Shown here: positions 19,588 to 28,105 of the stretch, piece by piece
Position numbering within the stretch: the first letter of the stretch is position 1
Layout of the letters: the number at the start of each line of letters is the position of its first letter
IMG/VR virus record: IMGVR_UViG_3300025913_000024
Location: 1 to 47,477 of that record
Reading direction: 5' to 3' (one strand)
From: a virus
Taxonomy: Duplodnaviria; Heunggongvirae; Uroviricota; Caudoviricetes
DNA length: 47,477 bases
Notes under the pieces: model-generated
What the model saw: the letters and a program-made list of their open reading frames with translations, nothing else
Told to the model about the DNA's origin: nothing
The model's database searches: none
Made by a program: the position numbers and the translations under genes

Positions 19588-19996
19588 TTAAGGTTTCCAA
19601 CTTGTTTGACACATTTTCTTCGAGCTCTTTCCTGTTCTTCACGTTCATGAGAGCTCGCCATTGTTCAGGACCGCAGATCCTTTCCCACCAAGCCAAGTTT
19701 TGTTCCATCGTCATGATCTTTCCTGTGATTGGATCTTTCATATTGTCGATACACTCATGGGCATATCTATCCAAGAGAACAACATTTGAGATCTCATAGC
19801 ACATCTCTGGATGTGCACCCACAGGAAAGATATGAGCGACGTCTAATCTTTGAAGCTGAGAGGGGGTTGCGTTTTTCTGTAAGATAAGAGCTTCTTTCAT
19901 AGAAAGAACTCGCATGATGCGATCTTTGCCAAGGTCCCTTTTTCGAACCTTGGCTTTTAGCTCTTGCCACTTGAGATCAGAAGAATCTCTTCTCAA
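19571..19996 (-). CDS. HNH/NinG-like nuclease
   Basis: LDVAHIFP...SNVVLLDRYAHECID, a degenerate HNH core without zinc-knuckle cysteines. Confidence 0.5.
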   Translation of the reverse strand: MRRDSSDLKWQELKAKVRKRDLGKDRIMRVLSMKEALILQKNATPSQLQRLDVAHIFPVGAHPEMCYEISNVVLLDRYAHECIDNMKDPITGKIMTMEQNLAWWERICGPEQWRALMNVKNRKELEENVSNKLETLIVVNN

Positions 19997-20002
19997 GAAT
20001 TA

Positions 20003-20578
20003 TCACTCCGTTTGTGGATCGTCAGTCTCGTCATGGTTAAGAGTACTCAATAGTTGACTGTTCTTGAAAAAGTACTCTGCGGCTGATTCAAGGGTGAATC
20101 TTCCTGCACGATAGTTCTTTAAGAAATGAATACAACTTTTATTCATCTTATAACGAAGCTGTTCCTCCGAACCTTCCTGTTGAATAAGGAAGATGTCCTT
20201 GTAAACCAGGACACGGGTGATGGTCCAAAGTATCTCTTCCACCTGAGTCTTTGTGGCTGGAATCTGATCTGGTTCTAGACCAGACTCTAGAGCAGCGGCG
20301 ACTTCTTGTGGTGTTAGAGCTACCTCAGATTCAATCTGTTGAAGCATTCTAGGATAATGCACCAAGATCTTCATCTTGATGTCATAAATGAAAGTTTTAA
20401 CTGGAGTCTCAAAATCCCATGGGAACTCGTACCTTGTGTTCGAGTTAGAATGGATGATGGTCACTCCCTTATCTGAAGTTATGAACTTCAGAAGAATCGG
20501 AGCCTTGTCACAGAAGTTTGATAACTTCTTGATCAAGATTCCTTTGTACGTTTCTGCGGAGATCTTTTGATGAAGCAT
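20003..20578 (-). CDS. Hypothetical protein
   Basis: 191-aa ORF, typical codon bias. Confidence 0.65.
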   Translation of the reverse strand: MLHQKISAETYKGILIKKLSNFCDKAPILLKFITSDKGVTIIHSNSNTRYEFPWDFETPVKTFIYDIKMKILVHYPRMLQQIESEVALTPQEVAAALESGLEPDQIPATKTQVEEILWTITRVLVYKDIFLIQQEGSEEQLRYKMNKSCIHFLKNYRAGRFTLESAAEYFFKNSQLLSTLNHDETDDPQTE

Positions 20579-20639
20579 TTATTCGCTTATATCCTTTGAG
20601 TAGAACTCATGATGTTTGATTAGGTTTTACTACTCACAA

Positions 20640-20646
20640 AATTAGT
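20640..20646 (-). promoter_or_regulatory. ACTAATT candidate late promoter
   Basis: Intergenic, upstream of 20003..20578. Confidence 0.45.
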
Positions 20647-20654
20647 GATTAGTC

Positions 20655-20942
20655 TTATTCTCCATCGCCTTCTTCATCAGCGAAGGCCTCATCGACAGTA
20701 GCCATAAGGGTGTAGAAGTCCTCGTCGTTTACATCAATGGTTCCCTTCTTGAGTTCCTTGTAACGACCGTAGGCCTTGTTGATCAACTTGACTTCAACCT
20801 CAGCATCAGAGGCAAAGGACTTGAGTCTTTCTGCACGAGCCTTGGTCAACTCGCTAGCCTGAGACTTAAGCTCAGAGGCCTTGCTATCTTCTTCATATGC
20901 AGCTTCAAACTCTGCAATGATCTCATTTTTGGTAACCTTCAT
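20655..20942 (-). CDS. Small helical dsDNA-binding protein (T4 DsbA/GapR-like, tentative)
   Basis: 95 aa; coiled-coil then EVKLINKAYGRYKELKKG, resembling the DsbA/GapR architecture; acidic tail. Confidence 0.45.
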   Translation of the reverse strand: MKVTKNEIIAEFEAAYEEDSKASELKSQASELTKARAERLKSFASDAEVEVKLINKAYGRYKELKKGTIDVNDEDFYTLMATVDEAFADEEGDGE

Positions 20943-20943
20943 G

Positions 20944-22044
20944 TTACTCTCCTTCTAATTCATTTTCTCCGAAGTTAAATGCTTCGGAGTATCTTTGATG
21001 CAAACTTGATCTAATTGTGTCTAACCATTTTCGTTTTCTAAAGGACTCAACGGTCTTATTTAACTTTTTGGTTATGTCGCCAACATCCTTAATATACATG
21101 GTTTTAACTACGTGGGTTTTAGGATCAATACCTTGATATTGAATCTTTGGGATCTCAAGAATTGAGAAAGAAAATCCTAATTCTTCTTTTAGTTTTTTGA
21201 CTACTTTCATCCCAGCGATGTCTCTATCTGGAATTAGAATGATTTGAGAAAATCTTTTTAGCAGATGAATCTGCCTACGAGAAATTGATGCGCCAAAGAT
21301 GGCTGTGCTGTTCTTGAAAAAAGGATCTGTTCTAAGGATCGCTAGGTCCATTAATCCTTCAACAACATAAAGGGGTTTTGTTGGATCTAAGTTCTCAAGA
21401 TCATAAAGAGAAGAAACTGTTGTGCCAACAGGATATAGAACCTTTTTATCTTGATCACCAACTACGTCTCGACCTTCAATCGAGATTAGTTTATCGCCTT
21501 CGTAGATGGGTATGACCAATCTGTTAGTAAAATGAGTGTAGTAATCTAGTTCTTTAGAACCCTTGATCTTGATATTAGATGCCCAACCCATTTGCATGGC
21601 ATGTGCCACTTCAAACGGGATGCCTCTAGATCGTAGGTACTTAACAGCTAAGGGACTACTTGAAAATGGTTCAATCGAGCCTTCTTTCATCTCAATTTGA
21701 ACATCTTTATCCAGGATATCTAAGTTTTCTTGTTCGTAATTAGAATGATACTCCATCGCTTGTTGATGGAACTCATCGTTCGAAAGGCCGAGATCTTGGT
21801 AAAGAGATCTCTCTGTGAGATCCCAATACATACCTGCAATTGTTCCAGATTTACTGCAACCAAAACAGTGATAAATGCCGAGATCTACGTTGACTGCACA
21901 AGAAGCAGTCTTCTCATCATGAAATGGGCATCGAATAAAGATGCGATGGTGCCAAGAACGTTCTGGCGTGGCACAATGTAAGTGTAATCTATGAACGGCT
22001 TCAGATACCAAAACTTTTGGATCTATCGTGTGTTGGAGAGGCAT
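20944..22044 (-). CDS. dnaG: DNA primase (CHC2 zinc finger + TOPRIM)
   Basis: RCPFHDEKTAS...YHCFGC zinc finger; RLVIPI, VVEGLMD and IPDRDIAG TOPRIM motifs. Confidence 0.92.
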   Translation of the reverse strand: MPLQHTIDPKVLVSEAVHRLHLHCATPERSWHHRIFIRCPFHDEKTASCAVNVDLGIYHCFGCSKSGTIAGMYWDLTERSLYQDLGLSNDEFHQQAMEYHSNYEQENLDILDKDVQIEMKEGSIEPFSSSPLAVKYLRSRGIPFEVAHAMQMGWASNIKIKGSKELDYYTHFTNRLVIPIYEGDKLISIEGRDVVGDQDKKVLYPVGTTVSSLYDLENLDPTKPLYVVEGLMDLAILRTDPFFKNSTAIFGASISRRQIHLLKRFSQIILIPDRDIAGMKVVKKLKEELGFSFSILEIPKIQYQGIDPKTHVVKTMYIKDVGDITKKLNKTVESFRKRKWLDTIRSSLHQRYSEAFNFGENELEGE

Positions 22045-22061
22045 ATTTAACCCTTGATGTG

Positions 22062-22077
22062 TGTAATATAAGTTACA
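22062..22077. promoter_or_regulatory. Palindromic operator-like box 1 (TGTAA-N6-TTACA)
   Basis: TGTAATATAAGTTACA in the primase upstream region. Confidence 0.5.
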
Positions 22078-22102
22078 TTACTATGAAATTCTAACACCAA
22101 TG

Positions 22103-22118
22103 TGTAACTTGTGTCACA
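22103..22118. promoter_or_regulatory. Palindromic operator-like box 2 (CRP-like)
   Basis: TGTAACTTGTGTCACA; minus strand reads taaTGTGAcacaagTTACA, one core mismatch from TGTGA-N6-TCACA. Confidence 0.5.
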
Positions 22119-22601
22119 TTATCTTCTAGCGAATGGAAGTGAAGGGCTCGTATTAGTCGATGGTGATTTAACGCTTATGTCTAGAGGGTTGGGAATAGCT
22201 TCTAGAGCAGGAATGGTCGGAACTACTCCAGCCAAGTTCTCTGCAGGGTTAATAGATTCTTTATCTTTTTGTGCTCTAGCCTTAGCTTGAATGTTAAGTT
22301 CCTTCTGTCTATTGATGATCTGTTCGGACATGGGTCCTAATCGTTCCAATCGAAGCCTTTCTCTATCAAGAAGCCAGAACACACCGTAGCTATTCAAAGC
22401 TTCTGAGATTCTAGAGCCATATTGAGGTCCGATTGTTTCATTGGTCAACTTCAAGAATTCTTCAAATGAAAGTAGTCTGTAATCTTCGTCCCCGTCTGGT
22501 TGAACCTTAACCATCTCTCTGGTAGGATCACAGGAGAAAGTCAAAAAGTAATAGCTTAGGAGAGATGGGTTCGATAACTGAACCATGGGAGTCTTAGTCA
22601 T
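22119..22601 (-). CDS. Hypothetical protein, probably late-expressed
   Basis: 160-aa ORF; ACTAACT 4 nt upstream of the ATG. Confidence 0.65.
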   Translation of the reverse strand: MTKTPMVQLSNPSLLSYYFLTFSCDPTREMVKVQPDGDEDYRLLSFEEFLKLTNETIGPQYGSRISEALNSYGVFWLLDRERLRLERLGPMSEQIINRQKELNIQAKARAQKDKESINPAENLAGVVPTIPALEAIPNPLDISVKSPSTNTSPSLPFARR

Positions 22602-22605
22602 GATC

Positions 22606-22612
22606 AGTTAGT
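22606..22612 (-). promoter_or_regulatory. ACTAACT candidate late promoter
   Basis: 4 nt upstream of ATG 22601. Confidence 0.6.
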
Positions 22613-22760
22613 CTCTATCTTCAACCTCTTCTCAATTTGGGCTGGCCCTAAGTATTTCTATTCTTATTATGTTAGATTCTTATATATGCTATCTGACTTG
22701 CACACTGTTCATAGTAGTCAATCTAACAAACTATAGACTAAATAGATAAAACATAATTCA

Positions 22761-22803
22761 TTTACGGTGAACAGGTTCTCGAGTATACTCTGTCAATAAG
22801 GAG
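22761..22803 (+). promoter_or_regulatory. Sigma70-type promoter and SD of the polymerase fragment
   Basis: TTTACG (22761-22766), 17 nt, TATACT (22784-22789); AT-rich upstream tract; AAGGAG (22798-22803) 7 nt before TTG 22811. Confidence 0.65.
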
Positions 22804-22810
22804 TACGGGG

Positions 22811-23767
22811 TTGTTAAAGATTACACCACGAACTGTCAGACGCCAAATCAAAGACGCTGCCGAGTTCATCCAGTACAAAAACATCTCTCCAATGGAAGAG
22901 ATGAGACAAGACGCAAAGCCTGTGAACTTCGGACTTATGTTCGGGTCCAGTGCCAGAACGTTCGTTAACGCTGTTCTAGAAACCCGTTGGACAGAACAGC
23001 AGTGTGACGATTACATAGAGTCCAACAACCTCTATGACTTAAAAGACCAAATCATCGCTAGGAACCCAAGAGACACCCCTGTGTTTTGGAAGTACTTGAC
23101 CTGTGCCTCAGACATTCGAAACAAGTTCTTCAACACCTACAAAGGACTGAAGGAAAGAATCGACCGAGAAAGGGTCTTTGCTTATCAGCACGGATACGTC
23201 AGAAGTTGGCATGGCCAGGTAAGAAGAATCCCAGAGCTCTTCATCATGGACCACACTGATGCAGGTCGACCATCTGGAGACGACAACTCTCTTTACTCTA
23301 GGGTCATCTGAAACCTTCAGAACATTGCTTCTAACACCTCTATTCAGAATTTCGAAGCAAGCATAGTCATGCCTGCCATCATTGAACTTCATATGTGGTT
23401 TCATGAGAACAAGATGAAGAGCTTCATCTGGAACTCTGTTCACGACTCTATTGACCTTTGCATCTATCGACCAGAGTTGGACATCGTGGCAGCTAAGATC
23501 AAAGAAGTCTGTACAGACTCTAAGATCTACAAGAACCTTGGTCTTTTCAAAGATTGGGGACTTAACATGGATATCGACATGATGGTAGCTGACTTGACAG
23601 ACCCCAATGAGTACTACAAGGGTGGAAAGAAGTACAAGTTCAAGGACGATGTCGAGGTTACTCCTTCTACGAAGATCAAGATAGACCCAAAGCTTAGAGA
23701 GATGGAAGAAGCTTGGTTCCCAAAGAAGAAAGTTCCAACCCGTAAAGTACGGTCTCAAAAGTCTTGA
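22811..23767 (+). CDS. polA: Family A DNA polymerase, C-terminal half (motifs B and C), interrupted by in-frame TGA at 23309-23311
   Basis: RQDAKPVNFGLMFG (motif B), GYVRSWHGQVRRIP, NTSIQ and WNSVHDSI (motif C). ORFs 22811..23311 and 23369..23767 are in one frame separated only by one TGA. Motif A and exonuclease domain absent. Confidence 0.85.
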
Positions 23768-23777
23768 GATATTGTAG
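23765..23777 (+). promoter_or_regulatory. TGAGATATT-type motif (candidate early/middle promoter)
   Basis: TGAGATATTGTAG just before the ligase ATG; identical 13-mer at 46845. Confidence 0.4.
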
Positions 23778-23779
23778 CC

Positions 23780-25159
23780 ATGCTTGAAGCCTCATTTCCC
23801 AGCTTGCGCTCCTTCGTTCAGGAGTGCCAGGCGAATACTTCCTCGAACGCTAAGAAAGAGATTCTTACCAGGTACCCTGACCTGAAAGAGATTTTTCAGT
23901 ACGTTTACAATCCGTACATCAAGTTCTACACCACCTCTGACAACGTGAAAAAACAGAGCAAGGCTCTTCAGAGTGAAGGTCCGAACCTCTTTGGAGGGAA
24001 GGGATTGCCTCTTGGAAATCTCAACGTCCTTCACGGAGCTCCTGCTCCTAAGGACTTCAAGGAAGTCTTGGATCAACTCTCAGCCAGAACCTTGTCTGGT
24101 TTTGAAGGAATCAAAGCCATCCTCAAGGTTGTCAAGAACAACAAGCTCTATGAGGATCTGATCTACATGATCCTGGACAAGGATCTGAAAGTTCGAATCG
24201 ATGTCAAGTCGATCAACAAGGTCTATCCTAAGTTGATCCCGACCTTCAACGTGGCTTTGGCCAACAAGTACAAGGACGTTGAGGATAAGGTTGACTTCGG
24301 AGCTGATGAGTGGTTCGCCTCTCACAAGCTGGACGGTTTCCGTTGCATCACGGTTGTGGATGGAAACGGAAAGGTCACTTGTTACACTAGAACAGGAAAT
24401 GAGTACAAGACCTTAGGTCGAGTGATCGAAGAGATCAAGCGTCTTTATCCCACCTTGAGAAACACCGTGTTTGATGGTGAACTCTGCATCGTGGATGAAA
24501 AGGGAGCTGAGCACTTCGACTGGATGCAAAAAGAGTGGAACAAAGACAACCACACCATTGCCTTCCCAAGGTATAAACTCTTTGACATGTTGACCCTCGA
24601 CGAGTTCACGACTGAAGAATCTACCAGAGATCTTCTTACCCGTCTTGAGGCCTTGAATGACATGCTTCTTCCTTCCAAGATCCTTAACATGCTCGAACAA
24701 AAGATAGTTATGAGCAAGATTCATCTTGATGATATGGCCAAAGACGCCGATGATAAGGGTTGGGAAGGTTTGATCATCAGAAAGAACGCTCCTTACCTTG
24801 GAAAGCGCAGCAACGATCTTCTCAAGGTCAAGACGTTCGAAGATATTGAAGTTGTAGTTGAAGGTATTGAAACCGGACCCTTCAGGTACGTCAAGAACAA
24901 AGCCGAAGCCGAAGAAGAGATGATGACCTCCATTTACTTCACATTCTTTAGCGAAAAGCTTCAGAAGAGTAACCGTGTGGACGTCGGCTCTGGTTTCTCA
25001 ATCGAACAGCGTCAAAGGTTCTTTGCTCACCCTGAGGAGATCATTGGAAAGACCATCACGGTTAAGTACTTTGAAGAAACAATTAACTCAGATACAGGAC
25101 TTCCTTCTTTGCGTTTTCCAGTGTTGAAGACCATCTGGGAAAATGGGAGAGATGAATAA
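23780..25159 (+). CDS. lig: ATP-dependent DNA ligase
   Basis: KLDGFR (motif I), FDGEL, KLFDML, EGLIIRK, KVK, VGSGF and LRFP motifs. Confidence 0.93.
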   Translation: MLEASFPSLRSFVQECQANTSSNAKKEILTRYPDLKEIFQYVYNPYIKFYTTSDNVKKQSKALQSEGPNLFGGKGLPLGNLNVLHGAPAPKDFKEVLDQLSARTLSGFEGIKAILKVVKNNKLYEDLIYMILDKDLKVRIDVKSINKVYPKLIPTFNVALANKYKDVEDKVDFGADEWFASHKLDGFRCITVVDGNGKVTCYTRTGNEYKTLGRVIEEIKRLYPTLRNTVFDGELCIVDEKGAEHFDWMQKEWNKDNHTIAFPRYKLFDMLTLDEFTTEESTRDLLTRLEALNDMLLPSKILNMLEQKIVMSKIHLDDMAKDADDKGWEGLIIRKNAPYLGKRSNDLLKVKTFEDIEVVVEGIETGPFRYVKNKAEAEEEMMTSIYFTFFSEKLQKSNRVDVGSGFSIEQRQRFFAHPEEIIGKTITVKYFEETINSDTGLPSLRFPVLKTIWENGRDE

Positions 25160-26058
25160 TGGGCTGCTGGAGTGAAACTTGCGGATTCTCACATCTGCCG
25201 ATCAACCACGGCGACAAGGTCATGTGCTTTGTTATTCGAGAGAACAGATATGGAGATCCTTCAAAAAGAAAAGCTACTCAGAACTACTGCTACCCCTATG
25301 ACCCGTTTGAGCCGTATCTCCTTCCTGTTATAGGAAAGTACGATGATTATGGGTGTGTTGAAGAAGTAAAAGACAATGTTGCCTCAGCTTTTCTTTTAGA
25401 ACACTTTGAACAAAAGTTGTCTTCTGGAAAATTTGACAATGCTGGTTGGTCAGAATATTACCCTAAGCCTGAGAAGTTCGAGACGATTGAAGTTCTTCTT
25501 AATCATATTGAGAGAGGACATCTTTACGAAAATTCAGGGTCTATTTTTTATGGGTATCGATTGTACATGGTACATTTTGATATCTTTAAGACCTTAACTA
25601 AGATCTCAGTTAAAAAATCTGAGATGGCAAAAGCTTCTTGGAAAAGATCTGAAACAGATGTTGATGACCGAATGTTTGGGTTGTTATTCTCCAATGAAAA
25701 AAATAAGATCATATTGGAGATGAGAACTCCTGAAGAAGAAAAACTGGTCGAAAAGCTTAGAAGTAAGTGGAGTGATGATCGACTGGACTTAGGAAGAAGT
25801 GTAGATCACAGATTTAATGATCTGGGAAAACTTCTTCCTTTTCTTCCTACAGAATCCTACTACCAAGATCTCCAAAATCTGATGCAATATGTCGTGGTTG
25901 TATCTAGGACTCGTCGAAGCTTTGCTCCTACTGCTGGTACTGGTAGTCAGGATAATGATCTTGTTTGGCATAAGAAAGCTCAAAAGGTCATCAACGCACA
26001 AATCAAGAAAAGAGAAGACGAGATAGAACAATGGGAGTACGAAAATGAAGATGCTTGA
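25159..26058 (+). CDS. Hypothetical protein
   Basis: 299-aa ORF coupled to the ligase stop (TAATG); MGCWSETC..S.LPI N-terminus of a type seen in phage hypotheticals. Confidence 0.7.
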   Translation: MGCWSETCGFSHLPINHGDKVMCFVIRENRYGDPSKRKATQNYCYPYDPFEPYLLPVIGKYDDYGCVEEVKDNVASAFLLEHFEQKLSSGKFDNAGWSEYYPKPEKFETIEVLLNHIERGHLYENSGSIFYGYRLYMVHFDIFKTLTKISVKKSEMAKASWKRSETDVDDRMFGLLFSNEKNKIILEMRTPEEEKLVEKLRSKWSDDRLDLGRSVDHRFNDLGKLLPFLPTESYYQDLQNLMQYVVVVSRTRRSFAPTAGTGSQDNDLVWHKKAQKVINAQIKKREDEIEQWEYENEDA

Positions 26059-26539
26059 TAAGAGCGTTCTTGAAAGTTTAGGAATGAAGTATCCCACTTT
26101 TCTTCCTTACGGAACTGACATTCGAGGATTGAGTTTCCTCAACGGTTTTTCCTTCTACCATCGAAACTATTATTACGTCATGCAAGGAAAATTTCCTTAC
26201 ACTGACGCCAGAAAATTGTTCGATTCTGGAATCAGTAAGAGACTTGCCATCCGAGAAGCTGGGATGGGAAATGGCATTGATCCTGAAAAGTGGATCACCT
26301 CCGACGCTTATCAAGCCATTATTGAAAAAGAAGTGCTTGAATGGTGGCAAGCAGATCCTAAACCCAAATCTCATGACGAGTTTGAAGCAGAGATAAACGA
26401 TCTCAAAGACAAGATGATGAAAGAAGACATCTCCCTTTGGTATCTCAAAGAGTATCACATCGATACTGATGAGGGATTGATGTACATGATCAACTATCTG
26501 AAAGAAAAAGACATCCATTCTGTTTGGAGCTTTGAATGA
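26045..26539 (+). CDS. Hypothetical protein
   Basis: 164-aa ORF, ATGA coupling to the next gene. Confidence 0.7.
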   Translation: MKMLDKSVLESLGMKYPTFLPYGTDIRGLSFLNGFSFYHRNYYYVMQGKFPYTDARKLFDSGISKRLAIREAGMGNGIDPEKWITSDAYQAIIEKEVLEWWQADPKPKSHDEFEAEINDLKDKMMKEDISLWYLKEYHIDTDEGLMYMINYLKEKDIHSVWSFE

Positions 26540-26772
26540 AAGTCAAGTACGTGATGTTTCCTGAGAATAGGTTCATCATACTTCCGTTGAACATGTCTCA
26601 CGACAGCGTTGGAATGGGAGTTAGACCTGTTTCAGCAGGGTTCGTATGGCTAACAACCACCGAAGACGGAAATTGTGAGGCAGAGGTCGCTGGTGAAAGC
26701 GTTTCTCTTGGGATCAAGTCAAGGCCAGAAGACGCGAAGACCATTGCTTGGTACTTTTCTACATGCAAGTAG
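26536..26772 (+). CDS. Hypothetical protein
   Basis: 78-aa ORF with coupled start. Confidence 0.65.
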   Translation: MKVKYVMFPENRFIILPLNMSHDSVGMGVRPVSAGFVWLTTTEDGNCEAEVAGESVSLGIKSRPEDAKTIAWYFSTCK

Positions 26773-26957
26773 AATTAGACGAAGAAGACAACCCAGAGTG
26801 GCCTAACATTCTTCAAGAAGTTGGAAGATTGGCAAGTCAAGAAGCTAGAAAGAAGGCCTTTGAGAAAGGTCTTTCTGTAGTTTATGCTGAAGGTGGAAAG
26901 CTTCTTAGAGAACATGCAGATGGAACCATTGAGGTTCTAGGAGACACAACAGCATGA
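26748..26957 (+). CDS. Small hypothetical protein
   Basis: 69-aa ORF (true start possibly the internal ATG at 26763); ATGA coupling with the GT gene. Confidence 0.55.
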   Translation: MVLFYMQVELDEEDNPEWPNILQEVGRLASQEARKKAFEKGLSVVYAEGGKLLREHADGTIEVLGDTTA

Positions 26958-28105
26958 AGATCGCCTACGGTTGTAATGGAGAAGGTTTTGGCCATGTCTC
27001 TAGATTGACCACACGTCTTAACCATCTTGAGAACAAACACGAAGTAGGTGTTTTTCTTCCTCACTCTGTCTTAGATTATTTCCACTCTAAGACCTACGGG
27101 TTTCATAGAGCGATCCATAAAATTCCAGGACTTCACTTTGTTCAAGTCCATGGTCGAATCGACTTCTTCAAGTCCATCATTCTCAATCTTCCCTTTATTC
27201 TCACGTTTCCTCTTTCTGTTTTTCGCTTGTCGAAACACCTGAAGAAAGAGAAGTATCAAGTTGTCATCTCTGACTTTGAACCTCATATGGCTTGGGCAGG
27301 TTTTCTTGCTGGTATTCCTGTGATTCAGCTAAATCATCCTGGAGTCATGAAGAAGATTCAAGATAAAGAACCTGTGGATCTCACAGCTCTCTTGGTTGCT
27401 TACCTGATGGAAGGACCTTGGAACTATCGAGTCATTGTTTCTTTCTTTGATGGAGATGTTGGTCCTCTGATTCGTCCAAGTCTTCTCTTCAAGAGGCACA
27501 AGACCAAAGACAAGGGTTTTCTTGTCTTCAATCTGAAAGAGTCTTACAAGCACAAGGTCATGAAGGTCTTGAAGAAATTTCCTGATCTCAAATGGAAGCT
27601 ATTTCCTTCTAAGACAGAAGATTTTGATAAGGCTTTGAGACACTGCACAGCGGTTGTTACCTCGGCTGGTCATCAGATCATCGCCGAAGCTCTCTTTTTG
27701 AAGAAACCTGTTTTGGCCATTCCTCAAGAAGGTCAAGCAGAACAGGTTCTTAACGCCAACAAGCTTGAAGAATCCGGAAAAGGCATAGTAGGGTCTCTTC
27801 AGACCTTAGATCAAGATCTAAGACATCTCTTGATGAATCTTAAGCATCTCAAAAAGAACAAGCTTCCTAAGTGGTGTATCGTCGAAGATGGAACCATGGA
27901 TCTTCTTAAGAAGCTTGAGAAGTTCTTTTCTAAGATCCAGTCTTCTGGAACTCAGGCAAATCTGGGTAATGAGCCTTTATCCAAGCGATGGCATCAGTCT
28001 TCTCCTGTTCCGTCAAGTCCTCGAACGCAGGTAGACGATCCTTCTCTTCTCTCTGGTAGTTCGAACTCTCTTGTATCTGTTCTAACGTCTGTCCCCGGTA
28101 TGTGA
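26954..28105 (+). CDS. GT-B fold glycosyltransferase (GT28/MJ1255-like); true end probably 27933
   Basis: GCNGEGFGHVSR, VISDFEP and TSAGHQIIAEAL..KKPVLAIP..GQAEQVLNA motifs; the last ~57 aa are antisense to the HNH gene. Confidence 0.8.
   Translation: MKIAYGCNGEGFGHVSRLTTRLNHLENKHEVGVFLPHSVLDYFHSKTYGFHRAIHKIPGLHFVQVHGRIDFFKSIILNLPFILTFPLSVFRLSKHLKKEKYQVVISDFEPHMAWAGFLAGIPVIQLNHPGVMKKIQDKEPVDLTALLVAYLMEGPWNYRVIVSFFDGDVGPLIRPSLLFKRHKTKDKGFLVFNLKESYKHKVMKVLKKFPDLKWKLFPSKTEDFDKALRHCTAVVTSAGHQIIAEALFLKKPVLAIPQEGQAEQVLNANKLEESGKGIVGSLQTLDQDLRHLLMNLKHLKKNKLPKWCIVEDGTMDLLKKLEKFFSKIQSSGTQANLGNEPLSKRWHQSSPVPSSPRTQVDDPSLLSGSSNSLVSVLTSVPGM

Noticed and set aside
22768-22796. Minus-strand sigma70 promoter from the perfect TTGACA
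   Set aside because: No -10-like hexamer at 16-18 nt spacing.
22620-22810. Group I or group II intron remnant explaining the split polymerase
   Set aside because: TAGTC precedes GACTA (reverse of the group I R-then-S order), there is no domain V consensus, and the region is explained by a promoter and SD. An Infernal scan would be decisive.
22770-22850. Split-intein C-fragment in an alternative frame (RVYSVNKEYGVVKDYTTN-C)
   Set aside because: No start codon or SD in that frame, poor block F/G match, and it would need an extra frameshift at a non-conserved site.
23309-23311. Genome-wide TGA reassignment (code 4 or 25) or selenocysteine
   Set aside because: TGA terminates other genes with ATGA/TTGA coupling (26539, 26957, 44585), Trp is TGG, and no convincing SECIS-like hairpin follows the codon.
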